A DNA stretch of 63,702 bases, the filler included, from Atractiella rhizophila (taxonomy: Eukaryota): the NCBI GenBank assembly GCA_021432655.1. It is 5 parts of 5 records of this genome, joined end to end, with 100 filler letters (N's around TTAATTAATTAA, not from the genome) between each part and the next. Parts side by side here need not be neighbours in the genome. Positions count along the whole stretch, not along the records: positions 1 to 16,384 come from MU271904.1; positions 16,485 to 32,822 come from MU271905.1; 3 more parts are not named here. One strand, written 5' to 3'. Positions 12,940-23,214 of the stretch are shown piece after piece; within the stretch, counting starts at the first letter, position 1, and the number at the start of each line of letters is the position of its first letter. The notes beneath the pieces are model-generated. The model saw only the letters and a list, made by a program, of their open reading frames with translations, was not told the DNA's origin and made no database searches. The translations under genes were made by a program, and so were the position numbers.

Positions 12940-13806
12940 CCCAGATTTTGTGTATTCCGTCTCGCAAAATTGGGTGAACACGGTGGATTGGGAGGAAAGA
13001 TGTTGCGTAAGATTCTCACAAGTGACTATGGTTGTGAGCAAATGACGACCAACAAAGCGTAGGAGCGTGAAAGGATGGAGGACTGAAACCCCCAAAATTC
13101 AATATCTCAATTTGGGTTCGATATAAATGCATTTGTAACAACACTTCGCGTGCTTCACAGCTTTTCGCACGATCATGACTACGCATTAGCATATATATTG
13201 TACAGGAGATAGTACAACCTCCCACAATTACTCGACCGGTCTCAGATACTCCAACGGGACCCCGTTTCAGCGTTCAACGACTCCTGCATTTGATTTAGAT
13301 TCAGGGTCGCTTTGCTGCTCTTCAGAAGCGTCTTTGGACAGGAATGTTGCATGTTGTATTCCTGGCTTCGTTTCGAGAGGGTGTTTGACCCACGGTCATG
13401 TAATCTGTCACGTGATTCAGAATTCAAGGTGATCTGAAGCTTCTTCTGATCAAGAAGCTGCGTCAAAACCTATGAGATTTATTACAGATCTCCAGGAAAG
13501 CGACGTTTAGAACAGTGTCCAGGGATCGAGGTTTTTCGACAGTTGAGTTGACGACATGGCCCTGGAAAGTTGCTGGGGACTTGGATGTGGATGTAGAAGT
13601 TTTGAAGGACTTGCCTTGAAGTTATTCTCCACGAAGGTTGCTCCCCTAAATGCTCATCGCCAAGCTGCGACAGATCTGACAGATCTCGATGCCGCAAAGT
13701 CGAGTTCAAGGTTGACAGCAGCGCGCTTCTTTTCCGGCCAATCCTTATCTCGAAAACAATCCAATGCCGAGGGCCTGGATGGGCCTGTGTTTCAACACTT
13801 CATCGG

Positions 13807-13841
13807 TTACGTCACAAAATTTCTTGTCATTTGACGTCAAA
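13807..13841. promoter_or_regulatory. Two CRE/ATF-type sites (TTACGTCA 13807-13814; palindrome TTTGACGTCAAA 13830-13841) between the divergent bZIP genes
   Basis: Motifs read directly; TGACGTCA is the canonical ATF/CREB element; function inferred. Confidence 0.5.
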
Positions 13842-14007
13842 CGGACCCGCTGCGAAGCGTCGCTTAAATTTCCTCTTTACCATTCTTCCCCTGCGGCGAT
13901 GGCCCCTCTTTGACCCAGCTTTCGTCAACTGAGCGACGGCTGCCCCCCTCTCTCGACGCTTAACGACCTGATCCAACCTGACCCAACTCGTCGATCCACC
14001 TCTTGTC

Positions 14008-14771
14008 ATGATGTTCGAAAGTCCACAGCTGTTAAACGAAGACGCGTTCGCAGCCAATTTGCACGCGCTGCAACGATCGAGTTTTCAGGCTGGCTTGCCA
14101 CCTTCCGCTTTCCAAGCCTCCACGAGCTCATACGGAAACCCTTTTCTAGGCAAGTCCAATCAATGTCCTTGTTTGCCGGTCTGGTGGGTCAGAAAAAATA
14201 ATGTCGTTTCTTAGGCTTCCTCCCTCCTCTACCCCCCTCGTCAGAGTACGATACGATTGCTCAATCGCCCTCTTATCCAAATCCTGTCGCACATATGGAT
14301 TCGTCTCCATCCCCTGCTCCTTCGCCTGCATCAGACTCTGGGTCGGATTACAGCGAGGTACGCTCGTGGCTCTTCCAGTTTCCTTTTCTCACGGTGTCTG
14401 CGGATAACAGAAGAAGAGCTCAAGCTCACAAAAGAAGAAATCGGGGACTTTACCTCAGAAGTACACCGAAACGCGAGAAGAACGCCTTGCCAAAAATCGA
14501 GTATCCGCTGCTAAGTCACGAAAGAAAAAGAAGGCATGGATTGACAACTTGTCAGGGAGTGCGTAGCTTTCAGTTTTCTTACTTCCCTGTTAACTCATGT
14601 TACTCAGAGGTCGAGCAATTGACGAACGAAAATATCAAACTGAAGACTATCGTGGATAATCTCAGATACGAAAGAGACGTAATGCGTCAAGATCTGTCTG
14701 CAAAGCTTACACAGTGTCAGCATCATACTCACACTTGTCCTGATTGCCAACAGCAACAGCATGAGTACTAG
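14008..14771 (+). CDS. bZIP transcription factor (ATF/CREB-like), paralogue 2
   Basis: Spliced: KYTETREERLAKNRVSAAKSRKKKKAWIDNLSG|KVEQLTNENIKLKTIVDNLRYERDVMRQDLSAKLTQCQHHTHTCPDC; three introns, the first with a GC donor. Confidence 0.85.
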
Positions 14772-15010
14772 TTTCCCGTTTCTGGATATGAATTTGTGTC
14801 CATATTTCGATACTTTTCTATTAGCTATATTTCCGCTGCGTATTTCATGCCTGAGTTCGGCTGCCTGGTTTTCTCTGATGATGAGTCGTTGAAAAATTGT
14901 TCATAGCCTTTGTTCGCAGTTGACGAATCAATGAAGAAGAATTGTATTTCAAGAGTCCTAGCCACCGACCTCACCTCACTGCAACGTTATCGTTAACCTT
15001 TCTCATTTGT

Positions 15011-16384
15011 CTAGGTTATCTCCCAGACAGCTCCTATTGGGATGTGGTCTGATATGCCAACCCCTTTCCTCGGCAGCCCAGGCTCAAGGCTTCCAGCTGG
15101 GGGAATGGTCATGAGGGACGCGACGCGCCGCCTGCCGTCACATTCCACAAAGATGTAGTCCAGAGTGCATCTCCACAACGGCGTGAAGTTTGTAAAAGAA
15201 GGCTCGAACGCTCCTGGCCTCTCATGCGGAAAAGTAAGTTTCGCATTTGAGGTATCGTCAGACTCGGCAGAGTGCGAGGGGAGGGAGGCACTATCCCGAT
15301 AAACCATTCCATTTCCTCCAATACGATTGAAGAAGAAGGGGGAAGAGAGATGGCGGGAAGGCATATTTTGCGGGAGAAAGGCGTTGTTAGACGGGAGGAG
15401 GTGATGGTATGATCCGTAGCTCGACTTCAATCGTAGACCGCCGTACAGTTGGACGATCTCTTCGAGAGTGAGCAGCTTGTCGCTGACCTTGGCGGGACGG
15501 AAGTTGGAGAGGACTCGATCTGTGTCGTCTTCTTCCGCATCCATGGTAGTTTGGGGTGTGGAGGATATGGAGGGATCTAGGGAAACATGGATGATTCGAG
15601 AGCTTTCGAATTCAGACACCTGGGTTTCGGTGAGAGAAGAACAAGATGTGCCTGCGAGGAGGGAATACGCGATCTCTGATGGCTGAACGTTGAAGTCTAT
15701 CGCCAGCTTTATTAGGAATGACAAGCGAAAGATCCACATCACGAACCCCCCGCTAAAACGCAAGGCCACGACTTCCCTCCAAGCTCCGACTCTCGAAATT
15801 CTCTCGCGGCTCTCACGATGATGCCACACTGTCTGGCCCTTTCGTAAACGTAAGACGGGTGCCAGAACAGATGGGTATTTGACACCACTATCCCTCCTTC
15901 TCCATCGGTCCTTTTAAGCGCAACCAACAGAGCGAGATTCCTCGTCGTCCGACTTCCTCCTTTCCTCCCAGGCTCAATCTCGAAATCATCTAGAAGAACG
16001 ACTTTCTCAGACATCTTTGAGAATTCGGAGTCCTTCCAGGCGACGAGTAGACCGTGATGCTTCTTCTCATATCCAGTAGTGAAAGCGTAGGAGTATCCCG
16101 CTGAACGCAAGGTTGCAGAATGGGTAGAAGCCAATCGATCTGAATCTACTTCCTTCGAAACATCAAAAGGATGATAACACCGAGACTAACTACAAACCTG
16201 TAGGCAAGCAACGCTTGGAGAGTGCTGCAAGACCTCTTTCATGATAAAGGGTCCTCGTTGATTCCACCGCAAACAATCAGATCCTGGAAATAGCTCCCTC
16301 TTAATCAGTGCCTGCGCCAAAGCCTGTGATCCACGTTATCAGCGAGGATTGGAGCGAAAGGGACGGAGACTCACATTCCAACTG
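15011..16384 (-). CDS. Ngl2/Angel-like (Ccr4/nocturnin EEP family) RNA exonuclease, 5'-truncated at contig end
   Basis: WN|.LAQALIKRELFPGSDCLRW, CLQEVD, NTHLFWHP..YERARQ, LAGDFN, FTNFTPLWRCTLDYIF and SDHIPI EEP motifs. Confidence 0.85.
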
Positions 16385-16484
16385 NNNNNNNNNNNNNNNN
16401 NNNNNNNNNNNNNNNNNNNNNNNNNNNNTTAATTAATTAANNNNNNNNNNNNNNNNNNNNNNNNNNNNNNNNNNNNNNNNNNNN
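16385..16484. other. Artificial contig-joining spacer
   Basis: 44 N + TTAATTAATTAA (stops in all six frames) + 44 N; genes are cut at such spacers. Confidence 0.97.
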
Positions 16485-16511
16485 CTCTCTGGATTCACTC
16501 AGTAACTCAAG

Positions 16512-17457
16512 ATGGCCAAGTCCTTACGTTCGAAGTCCAAGCGTACTTTCCGAGCGCTCAAACGGACAGGAGATGGGTCAACAAAAGGAGTATATGCCAA
16601 CGCGGAAGCTGCAAGGATTGATAGACTCAACCTAAAACTTATGAATATCAAGGGGAAGAGGAGGGCGGAGGAGGAGGCAGTTAAACTTGAAGAGGAGGGA
16701 GAGAAGGAGGCAGGTATGTGCTTTACACTTTGACGAGCGTGGATGAAGTGTCCTGCCCGCAACCAAAGGCATATTGAGATCCTTTGATTCGGCTCCTATT
16801 GCGACATTGAGGATCGCATGGCTTCTGTCGCCTCCACCGCGGCCTACATTTGCACCATATTACTTTTAAGATGAGAACTTGAGGCTCTTCATCATAATCA
16901 TTACGACTTGTTTATTTTCTTTCTCCATGTCGCTTTCTCAAACCTCCTGTGGATCCATTGGGAGTTGATTGTCAACAAACAGTAGCGAAACCTGTTCACT
17001 TCTTTTACAAGCTCCAGAGTTGTTGCAGAGGTGGAAAGACAAGGTCAGTTTCAAAGCATCTAACGATATGAGATGGCGACTTGCAAACGAAGTGCCAGAC
17101 CTTCCATAAGAAGGAGATCAGGGTGTCTTTTCCTCTTGTCGCTTCAATATAGCTGCTACATTTTGGAATGTAAACCTTTGTGCACATGTCTACTAAGTAC
17201 CTGTTTGAAGTGTGTCCCTGACTATTTGTTTACCAGAGTCGGGGACGATCCCTACGGCAAACGAGTCTTCTCAACCCGATGACGATGTGATGGAAGTGGA
17301 GATTGTGGAGGGGAACCCGAAAAAAGTCTCAACAGGCGGACCGAGAAATTCGAGGAGGGAGCAATGGAAGGCTTCTAAGGGAATGAAGAAGCATGCGAAG
17401 AGCGGGACCGTCTTTGGAGGAGGAAGAGGTGGTGGCAGGCGGAAGAATAGACGATGA
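16512..17457 (+). CDS. YBL028C/DUF2423 (LLP-like) basic nucleolar ribosome-biogenesis protein
   Basis: N-terminus MAKSLRSKSKRTFRALKR...ARIDRL; C-terminus KKVSTGGPRNSRREQWK; one 523-nt intron 16714-17236. Confidence 0.8.
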
Positions 17458-17928
17458 TTTCCCTTCTGTACATTCTAATGGTTTTTCGGGTGATGGGATT
17501 TGGATAAAATAGTTGTGTAATTGGTAGGACAGAGATAGTTGGCGCATTTCGACTGTTTTTTTCTGCTCAGTGCACTTTTGCTCTACCCGTCCCATCACAT
17601 CAAACACCAGATAAAAGAACGCTCAGCGCTTCACAGGCACACACAGGACTATTCACCGCTGGCACACAACAGTGAGATGTCGTCTGTTAGAAGTCTCGCA
17701 TGCAGTCAAGGTAGTAATGATGTGATCTTATTACTCTCTGAGAATAGTTGTGCTTCGTTGAATATGGAGGCTGTCCGTTTATAACATTCCACAACCAAGT
17801 CAGAGCATATTCTTCCTTTCACGGTTCATTTTCCTTTAAAACAGCCTACGATCACTTGGTCTTTCCATCACCCCCTTCAGTCCAGCATAGAAATAGAGAG
17901 AAACAAGACATTCACAATTGTGAACCAG

Positions 17929-18441
17929 TCAATAGGCAGACGGTTTTGCGGCACCGGCGTGCTGAGAGATGAGAGCCTGAAGCCCTTTTGGTTCAGCGCT
18001 CACAAATGATCCGATCTTGTTTCCATCCTTGCTGTGTAGAATTGTCAAAGAAACAAGCCCCCAAAAAAAAGAAAGCGCACAAAGCCAAGAAAGTAGGGAC
18101 AGCCCTGACTCCAACTTCTTCAGCGATTTCCATCTCTGCGTCAATGTCCACCTTGTAGAAGCGGACGTCTGGGTTGTTTTCGTGGTGCTCGGACAGCTTG
18201 TCGAATACAGGAGAGATCATGCGGCATGGACCGCACCAAGTCGCCCCTTCGTGAAAGAGGCGTATGAAGAAGGCGTAAACGTTACAGCAGTCAATAAAAC
18301 AAGCTCTCACAGAAGTCGACGAAGATCACGTTCCCCGAATTGATCTTTCAGAGCAACACAACTTCAGTCGTGTATAAACGAACCGCAAGAACATACGACT
18401 TCGTCAAACTTGCTCTTTCCACTCAGAACCTCGACCGTCAT
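17929..18441 (-). CDS. Thioredoxin (paralogue a)
   Basis: MTVEVLSGKSKFDEV|INSGNVIFVDF|WATWCGPCRMISPVF...FYKVDID...VRAVPTFLA|.KDGNKIG; WCGPC active site; 3 introns. Confidence 0.93.
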
Positions 18442-18518
18442 CTTGTCAAAGAGCTCATCGGATGCAGTTTTCCACAACAACCTTTATAGAGATGGCGAAA
18501 TCTCATGCCATCTGATGC

Positions 18519-18525
18519 TGACTAA
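18519..18525. promoter_or_regulatory. Putative Yap1/AP-1 response element TGACTAA upstream of the thioredoxin a TATA box (18483-18488)
   Basis: Motif read directly; same motif at the equivalent position upstream of thioredoxin b. Confidence 0.45.
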
Positions 18526-19023
18526 AAGTAAGATAACCTCCACATGAACTCCAATCCTACCTGACAAAGCAAGTCCTTACATGTATCCTCAGATCATCCT
18601 CGTCTAAAAAGGTTTATCCTGCCCAACCCCTCCTTTTAATCAACTTCAAGTGGAATCGACTGAATGCGGTTTGAAGCTTGTTCCAGCTGCCTAGCTAGGC
18701 AGAGAACAGAGGGAGAGAAGAAGAGGTAAACCCTCGCTATGCATTGAGAACAGCAAGCCAGTTTGTGACTGCACGATGGCGGTTATGCTGCAATATCAAC
18801 CGTTGTTAGACCTACTAATACGAGGGCAGGAAGGACTTTTTCACCCAGCATCTGAAGTAGATTGTCTCTCCCTGCTGCTTACTTGCTGATATCAGGCACG
18901 TTAGTGCAAAAACATTGTGCGACTGCATGAAATGCACAAATATGAAATCGTCATGAACTGCGGAAGCAAATTTGCGAATCAAATTATCGACATTAACATA
19001 AAATCAAAACGTAGATATACACG

Positions 19024-19568
19024 TTATGCTGTGGGCTTATCGCTGGCACTGTGCTCGGAGATGAGGGCCTGAAGCCTCTTTGGGTCGGCACCCATCAGGC
19101 TTCCAAGTTTGTTGCCGTCTTTGCTGCAACCCCAAAACGCAACAAATCAACATTTGTCCAATATGGATCGCTACCTCATGTCGCTTGAGAGAGGAAAAGA
19201 CGTACAAAGCAATAAAGGTCGGCATGGCCCTTACTCCAACCTCTTCAGAGATATCCATCTCCTCGTCCACATCAACCTTGTAAAATTCAACGTTCTCGTT
19301 ATCCTTGTATTGCTCAGAGAGCTTGTCGAAGACGGGCGAGATCAGACGGCACGGTCCACACCATGTTGCCCCTGCATAACAAGAAAATTGGCAATTAGTA
19401 TTGTTTCTCGGGCAGCGAGCGACACGCTTACAGAAGTCAATGAAAACGACCTTGCCAGAGTTGATCTTTTCACACAAAACAACACGTTAATCTAGCTAGC
19501 GAGGATTAAAGAGAACCACATACAACTTCGGTGAATTTGGCTTTTCCGCTCAGAACTTGGACAGTCAT
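19024..19568 (-). CDS. Thioredoxin (paralogue b)
   Basis: MTVQVLSGKAKFTEV|INSGKVVFIDF|WATWCGPCRLISPVF...FYKVDVD...VRAMPTFIA|.KDGNKLG; same intron positions as paralogue a. Confidence 0.93.
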
Positions 19569-19760
19569 CTTGGGGGAGGTGCTGTGAAAAAATCTGCTTG
19601 TTCCTGGTGCGTATGCTCGTGGGAGAGCTGCTTTGGTAAGAGTGTAGGAGAGGGGGCGTAGGAGAGACAGCTTGGAGTGATGTTTGGCGAATTGATGGGA
19701 GGATTGATGGAAAGTCGCGCTTTTATAGCGCGGTGATGAAATCAGAATTGATCAGGCGGA

Positions 19761-19767
19761 TGACTAA
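19761..19767. promoter_or_regulatory. Putative Yap1/AP-1 response element TGACTAA upstream of the thioredoxin b TATA box (19722-19727)
   Basis: Motif read directly; position conserved with paralogue a. Confidence 0.45.
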
Positions 19768-20728
19768 CTGCGATAAGGTTCGTTAACTGCCAACATGACA
19801 AACCCGTCGCGTCGCCACTGGCACGCGAGGCTCTCCACTGCACCGATGTTCGAGAATGCTTACCATTCGGTGGCTATCGATTATAGACACTCCGAGCCTT
19901 GGGAAGAGTCGCTTCTGGGTATGGGCCATTCGGTGGTAAACGTTTCCAGCGTGAGCGTTCTGCCTGTTTTGTGGCATGTGGTTCTCTTCAGGTATATCTC
20001 ACTCTGGTGGCTTCTAACCTAACCGGAAAAAGTTGAAGTGTATTCATCCGTCAAGTTGGTACATATAAATTTGTATGTAACAATCATGTCGACATGAAGA
20101 AATGAGGAAAGAACACACTCGAGAATCCACTTGAAGAGCCATCACAACAAGTATAACTTGAACTGTTTCATTACCTGTCAATTATGGTGTTGACGATTGA
20201 AGTAGAGCGCGCTCAGGAAGGGAATGCTTCATATCTTCAGACTCTGTTTGAACATCCCTTGTGATATAGAAATTGTCAGCGTGTGTGTTGTGTGCACATA
20301 CCATTATCGACTCTAATAAATAACTATGGATGATAGCGAAAGAGCTCGAGAGGCCCAGAACAATTCACCTGCAGCAAGTCGAAGAAAGGCTCTTGCAGCC
20401 ATCGATCCTGATGTTCCATGGAAATGAATGACAAGTTTCCTGAGTGTACAAAGGAGAATCGGGCAACACCTTAGATGTTCCATTTTTCACATTATCCTCA
20501 TTGCCTCCTGCACAGCTGTAAATTCATTCAAACGGTTTATCACATTCGAACAATACAGAATACAGGAGTACGACACCTTTTCAGCTCAGAGCTTTACTTG
20601 TTACACGAGCACGCTGGCATTCCTTGACCGGTCCAAACTTGACTCTTGACTCGAGATCCTTCGGGCCGCCGTTGCTCCCGAAAAGAATAAAACCAAATGG
20701 ATGCTGAAGTGTTCAAGGCACGGAAGTC

Positions 20729-21523
20729 ATGTTTGCTCAAATCAAGCATCAATCCGCAAGGCTCGTTTTTCGCCCAGTAGATCCTGCCAAGGACGCAAAA
20801 GTTTTCTTCGAGCTCTTTGATGAGGCCGCTACGTTTGCTGGAATAGGTGATCCTGCGTTCGTCCTTTTTCTCCATCCCCGTAATTCTTTGATATTGACAT
20901 TGCGAAATGTTGGATCTGTAGGCCACAGTCCGAAAAGACATGGGAGAAGATATTGGATCAGTCAAGCCACCCCCAACAGTATGATCTAGCCATTTGTTTG
21001 GCAGAAAATGAGGAGACGAAACCTGGAACGGTTATTGGCTGGATGACTTTGACAAAGGTTTCACCGGTCCACCGCAGGGCATCTTTTGCCCTAATGATTG
21101 GGAACGCGTGAGTTTCTTAGTTAGGCCATACAGGTACAGTCTTAACAAAATTGCAGATATCAAGCATGTTGTTTCCCTTTTAGCATGACTGAAAGGAGCA
21201 GCTGACGACTGCGATTTTTGTGATGGTTACAGAGGAAAGGATACGGAAAGGAAGCGCTGACTTGGTTGCTGGAGCAAGCGTTCGTTCGGTGCAACTGCCA
21301 CAAAGTGATCGGTAACGCGTTTTCATGGAACGAAGGCGCACTGGCGCTTTATAAGAGCTTGGGGTTCAAGGTTGAGGGAGTACGACCAGAACATTGGTGG
21401 CACGAGGGTCACTGGGTTGATGATATCGGGCTGTGAGCTTTTGTACATTTTCCTCGCCTATGACTGACTTTGAGCAGGGGACTGTTGGAAAAGGACTGGA
21501 GGGCCCACAATGAGAAGCAATAA
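20729..21523 (+). CDS. GNAT acetyltransferase, RimJ/RimL-like
   Basis: SARLVFRP...IGWMTL...AYQRKGYGKEAL.WLLEQAF...WNEGALALYKSLGFKVEG; motif A is assembled through a 7-nt micro-exon (21157-21163). Confidence 0.85.
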
Positions 21524-22754
21524 GACATACTGTCGTGTTTAAACAAGCGATTATCATAATTAGTGAAACCAGTCCAATGTGAGGTGGAATATGGACGGAA
21601 ATCCATCAGGCACAAAACAGTACTAAGTAACTTGTAAGCTGCCAACCCATTAGAAAGAGAGTTGAGGCCAGTGAGAAATAAAATCAATTAATCAAGCTTC
21701 TAGATCCCAGTAGCGATGCCCTTGAATCACAAACCAATGATGTTTTTAGTTTTAAATCATTCTCATTCCTCTCTCTGTGCTTCACTTCCCGCTCCGTTAT
21801 CCTCTGGTCAGAATGTTGTTGCCGAGTACTAGTAAACTATGAAGGCAAAAGCTATTACACACAATAGGGTTGGGAGCGAATTCCATTGGTATTAACCCAC
21901 TTCTCTTTCTTTTCGTGGATTTAGTTATTCTTTTTCTCTCTGAGCCTAATGCCGAGATGAACTCTGTTCTCATTTATGGCGCAGAGCTTTGGACAATGTA
22001 CCCAATTCTTTACTCGGTCTGTTGTAAATAACGACGCATAAATTGAATCTGATGTTCAAATCTATGCTCAGCGCGCCTCCCACTGAACTAGCGACATGCT
22101 ACTGTCGAATGAGGTTGTGGAGACGGTGAGAAGCAAAGAACACACCAAAAACAATGCTAACATTACGACGGCGCTTGATTTAGCGGGTCCAACTTATGAA
22201 CCCACCACTAGATAGGCGTACGCTGTGCGTCCATTCTTGCGGTTTGTTGCCCATCGAGACACCGAAGGCGTCAACTTGGCAGAACACACCAGAGACATCA
22301 GGATTGCCAACTTCGCCGTTTCAATGCTTTGAGTCCACATGCCCCATGGTCTTGTCTTAATCAACTCTCTACTATACTAATCTGATAAATTGGATCAGAG
22401 TTCGTTTGAACCAAAGGGAAATCCTTCGCATAAATGTCACTCTTGGGCAGTGAGACGCTTGTTGCTGAACCTGACACTTCAGGTTTCATGCTTCTCTCGC
22501 ACCATGCAGCAGTCATCCACCACAACCGCACAACCCTTAACGAACACGAGAAACTGAATCTCGCACCGTCTCTGTTATAAGTGCCACCAATTGATGATGC
22601 CGAGATATACTGATTGCCATAATGCATAACATGGAAATGGGACATGTCGCTCCTCTCTCTCTCCACCGCTCCCCTCTCCCCAAAGCACACCCCTGAGTCC
22701 CAGTCCTCCCGTAAGCTACAACCCCACGGCTATCCGGCATCCACGCACCTCTTC

Positions 22755-23022
22755 TTAGATGTTGAGCTTTGTCCTCCTCCAATGCCTCCTCTTTTGGTTG
22801 TATTGAACTTTTGTTCTGCGTTACCGATCAGACAACAATCAACGCCGCCTACTGATCAGAGATGAAAACGCACTCTCGTTTAAGACGGAACCATTGAGGG
22901 ATCGGGCGGTTCTGCTTTAACTTCTTCCCCAAAATCCTCTTCGTGCGGAATGATTTCTGGGACGGCTACAAGACATCCACACCCATCAATCGCTATCTCT
23001 AAGGGGAGAGAGCACTTACCAT
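22755..23022 (-). CDS. RPL39: 60S ribosomal protein L39 (eL39)
   Basis: ATG-only first exon, then [49 protein letters not shown]; absent from the ORF track because of introns. Confidence 0.95.
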
Positions 23023-23214
23023 CTCGAAAAGATTGACAATGACGGCGAAAGAGGTCTTGTTCAAAAAGACCGAGCCACAACACCGGCCGCTGTTCTTGCC
23101 AAACAGACCAGAAGACCGGACGGAGTTACAACTTTTCTGGTTCTGATTGTAATCTCAGCTCGAAGATCCTCCTGGACATTTTGCAGCTCCATTGGGAAGA
23201 CAAAACGAAGCAAC

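Noticed and set aside
16385..16484. TTAATTAATTAA palindrome within N runs (also at 32823, 49260, 60950) as a biological site
   Set aside because: Identical 44N-12-44N layout with six-frame stops is a concatenation spacer; genes across spacers cannot be treated as linked.
19783..20700. Short ORFs between thioredoxin b and the GNAT (also 21840-22700, 28850-30480, 58826-59440)
   Set aside because: No recognisable motif or consistent exon chain; cannot be supported as genes from sequence alone.
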